This document shows positions 62,663 through 64,000 of a stretch of 64,000 bases of DNA, in pieces. The first letter of the stretch is position 1, and every line of letters begins with the position of its first letter. The translations under genes were made by a program, and so were the position numbers. The stretch is from IMG/VR virus record IMGVR_UViG_3300025853_000048, positions 1 through 64,000 of that record; one strand, given 5' to 3'. Under the pieces are notes generated by a model. That model had not been told where the DNA came from. It made no database searches and was given only the letters and a program-made list of their open reading frames with translations. The DNA is from a virus.

Positions 62663-63486
62663 TTCACTTTAACTTCTGCCCCCCATGATGCCACCAAATC
62701 TCGCCCTTTCTCAGTCAAGTCCGCGTAGATTTTGCGACGATCTAGGGTGTTGCCGAACCGATCCTTGGTGCCAATAACCCCCGCTGAAACCTTAATGATA
62801 TAGCCATTTTCCAACAAGGTGTCCGTGATGCCCGTTGTCGCAGCAGTTGAGACATCCAGGAAAATTGTCAGGTCAGTCATCGATGCCAGACGATCGTAAT
62901 TGCTGGCAATGAAATCGCAGTAAATGAGACTTTTGACCGTGTTGACCGAGCGCATCGCATTGGCGTCAACCAGGGTGATATCCAGGTGGATCGAAACATC
63001 AACAATCGTCCCGAGTCGCCTCGCGTTGTCTTTGCGGATCGTGTGGGGCGCGAACAGTTTACGCATCTTCTGAGCGTATTCTGACGTTCGCCAACCCGTC
63101 ACCTCCATAATGTAATCATCCCCTCTGTCCCAATTTAAAGACGAAAAATCAATCTGGTTTCCAAATATCCGGCGTTGTTCCCGAACATAGTTAACGGCTC
63201 GATTGTTCTCTTCGGCCAATACATCGTCGCCTTTTGACCAGTCAAGTTTCGTCCAATCCAGACCCGAGCTGACAGTTTCCGGTGCGTCCTCGTTACGCCA
63301 ACGCGTGACGGTTGAAATAACAACGCCGGTTCGTCTGATAATGTCTTGGTTGGACTCCCGCTCCCAGTTGATCCCGGCTCGGGTTTTAGCGTAAAATTCT
63401 TTTGGTGGTCGGGGGTTACTAATACTCATCTCTTTCTTTATACCTTCTATTTTTTTACTAACAAACTCAGTCAAGACCTCACCCAT
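62656..63486 (-). CDS. DNA-binding protein with W-repeat HTH units and a C-terminal MarR-like wHTH
   Basis: Repeats INW/LDW/LNW...D; C-terminal DRRKIYADLTEKGR. Confidence 0.65.
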   Translation of the reverse strand: MGEVLTEFVSKKIEGIKKEMSISNPRPPKEFYAKTRAGINWERESNQDIIRRTGVVISTVTRWRNEDAPETVSSGLDWTKLDWSKGDDVLAEENNRAVNYVREQRRIFGNQIDFSSLNWDRGDDYIMEVTGWRTSEYAQKMRKLFAPHTIRKDNARRLGTIVDVSIHLDITLVDANAMRSVNTVKSLIYCDFIASNYDRLASMTDLTIFLDVSTAATTGITDTLLENGYIIKVSAGVIGTKDRFGNTLDRRKIYADLTEKGRDLVASWGAEVKVNS

Positions 63487-63648
63487 GCACTCCTAAATTA
63501 CTCTCTACCTCCTTTCTACACACATTCGAACAAACAACAACTCAAAACAAAGTGTGCCCGGATGGGGTCTTGACTGAAGCGGGATTGATTCACCCCGCCT
63601 GTCAGTGGCGGTTTGTTCTGGGAGGGGGACGGGCTTTGGCCATGGTTA

Positions 63649-64000
63649 CTAAGCAGCTTCCTTTACGTTGTCTACGATCTTGCTGGATTGCGGCTGGTAT
63701 AGTTTCATTATCTTTGCTTTTCTTTGTTCCTGAGCCTTCCACTTCGCGATGACTCTTTTGTCATTCTTGATCGTCGATAGGCTCACTTCAAAAATCTCTG
63801 CCAAATCGGGTGTTCGGCTAATGTTTTCCTCTTCCATCAGGAGTTGAACTTTCTGGCGCCGCTCCAGGGCTTCCAGCGAACTCCATGCCATGGGGATCAT
63901 GCGTTGCTTGTAATTCCCTACTTCGCATGTGTCGGCAATCATAACGCTACGTTCATCCTTATCGGGGATAGCGGTGCCGCCAAACAGTGGTATGACATTC
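63649..64000 (-). CDS. HTH protein, probably 5'-partial
   Basis: DLAEIFEVSLSTIKND HTH; frame stays open to the window end (NVIPLFGG...). Confidence 0.55.
   Translation of the reverse strand, partial: NVIPLFGGTAIPDKDERSVMIADTCEVGNYKQRMIPMAWSSLEALERRQKVQLLMEEENISRTPDLAEIFEVSLSTIKNDKRVIAKWKAQEQRKAKIMKLYQPQSSKIVDNVKEAA

Noticed and set aside
1-64000. tRNA/rRNA genes, alternative genetic code, prophage boundaries
   Set aside because: No cloverleaf or rRNA-like segment recognised by eye; long ORFs are intact under the standard code; no host genes or att junction visible.

Overview
The window is part of a tailed dsDNA phage or prophage with a podovirus-like head module, and nearly all genes lie on the minus strand. 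Recognisable genes are a terminase large subunit (59.8-61.6 kb), portal, scaffold, major capsid protein, two adaptor-like proteins, a partial tail fibre and a Xer-like tyrosine recombinase. There are also four stand-alone DNA methyltransferases, two PAPS-reductase-family proteins and a 9,595-aa polyvalent (probable ejection) protein. The most striking structure is two arrays of integron-type gene cassettes (12.4-14.4 kb and 47.8-50.0 kb). All six cassettes have attC-like hairpins and perfect 8-bp R'/R'' end complementarity, yet their ORFs run antisense to the canonical attC orientation and start inside their own attC. Both arrays begin at a shared anchor site carrying a plus-strand promoter. 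Other modularity signals: (i) seven LYSAA junctions in the giant gene separating effector-like domains, one followed by a nested promoter and alternative-frame ORF; (ii) four dif-like sites at gene junctions at 54-58 kb; (iii) a 108-bp exact two-part self-chimera inside the giant gene. All product calls come from motifs read by eye; no searches were run. The host is unknown. A PVC-group host is only a guess, based on weak Shine-Dalgarno usage and GAAC/GTTC attC ends.
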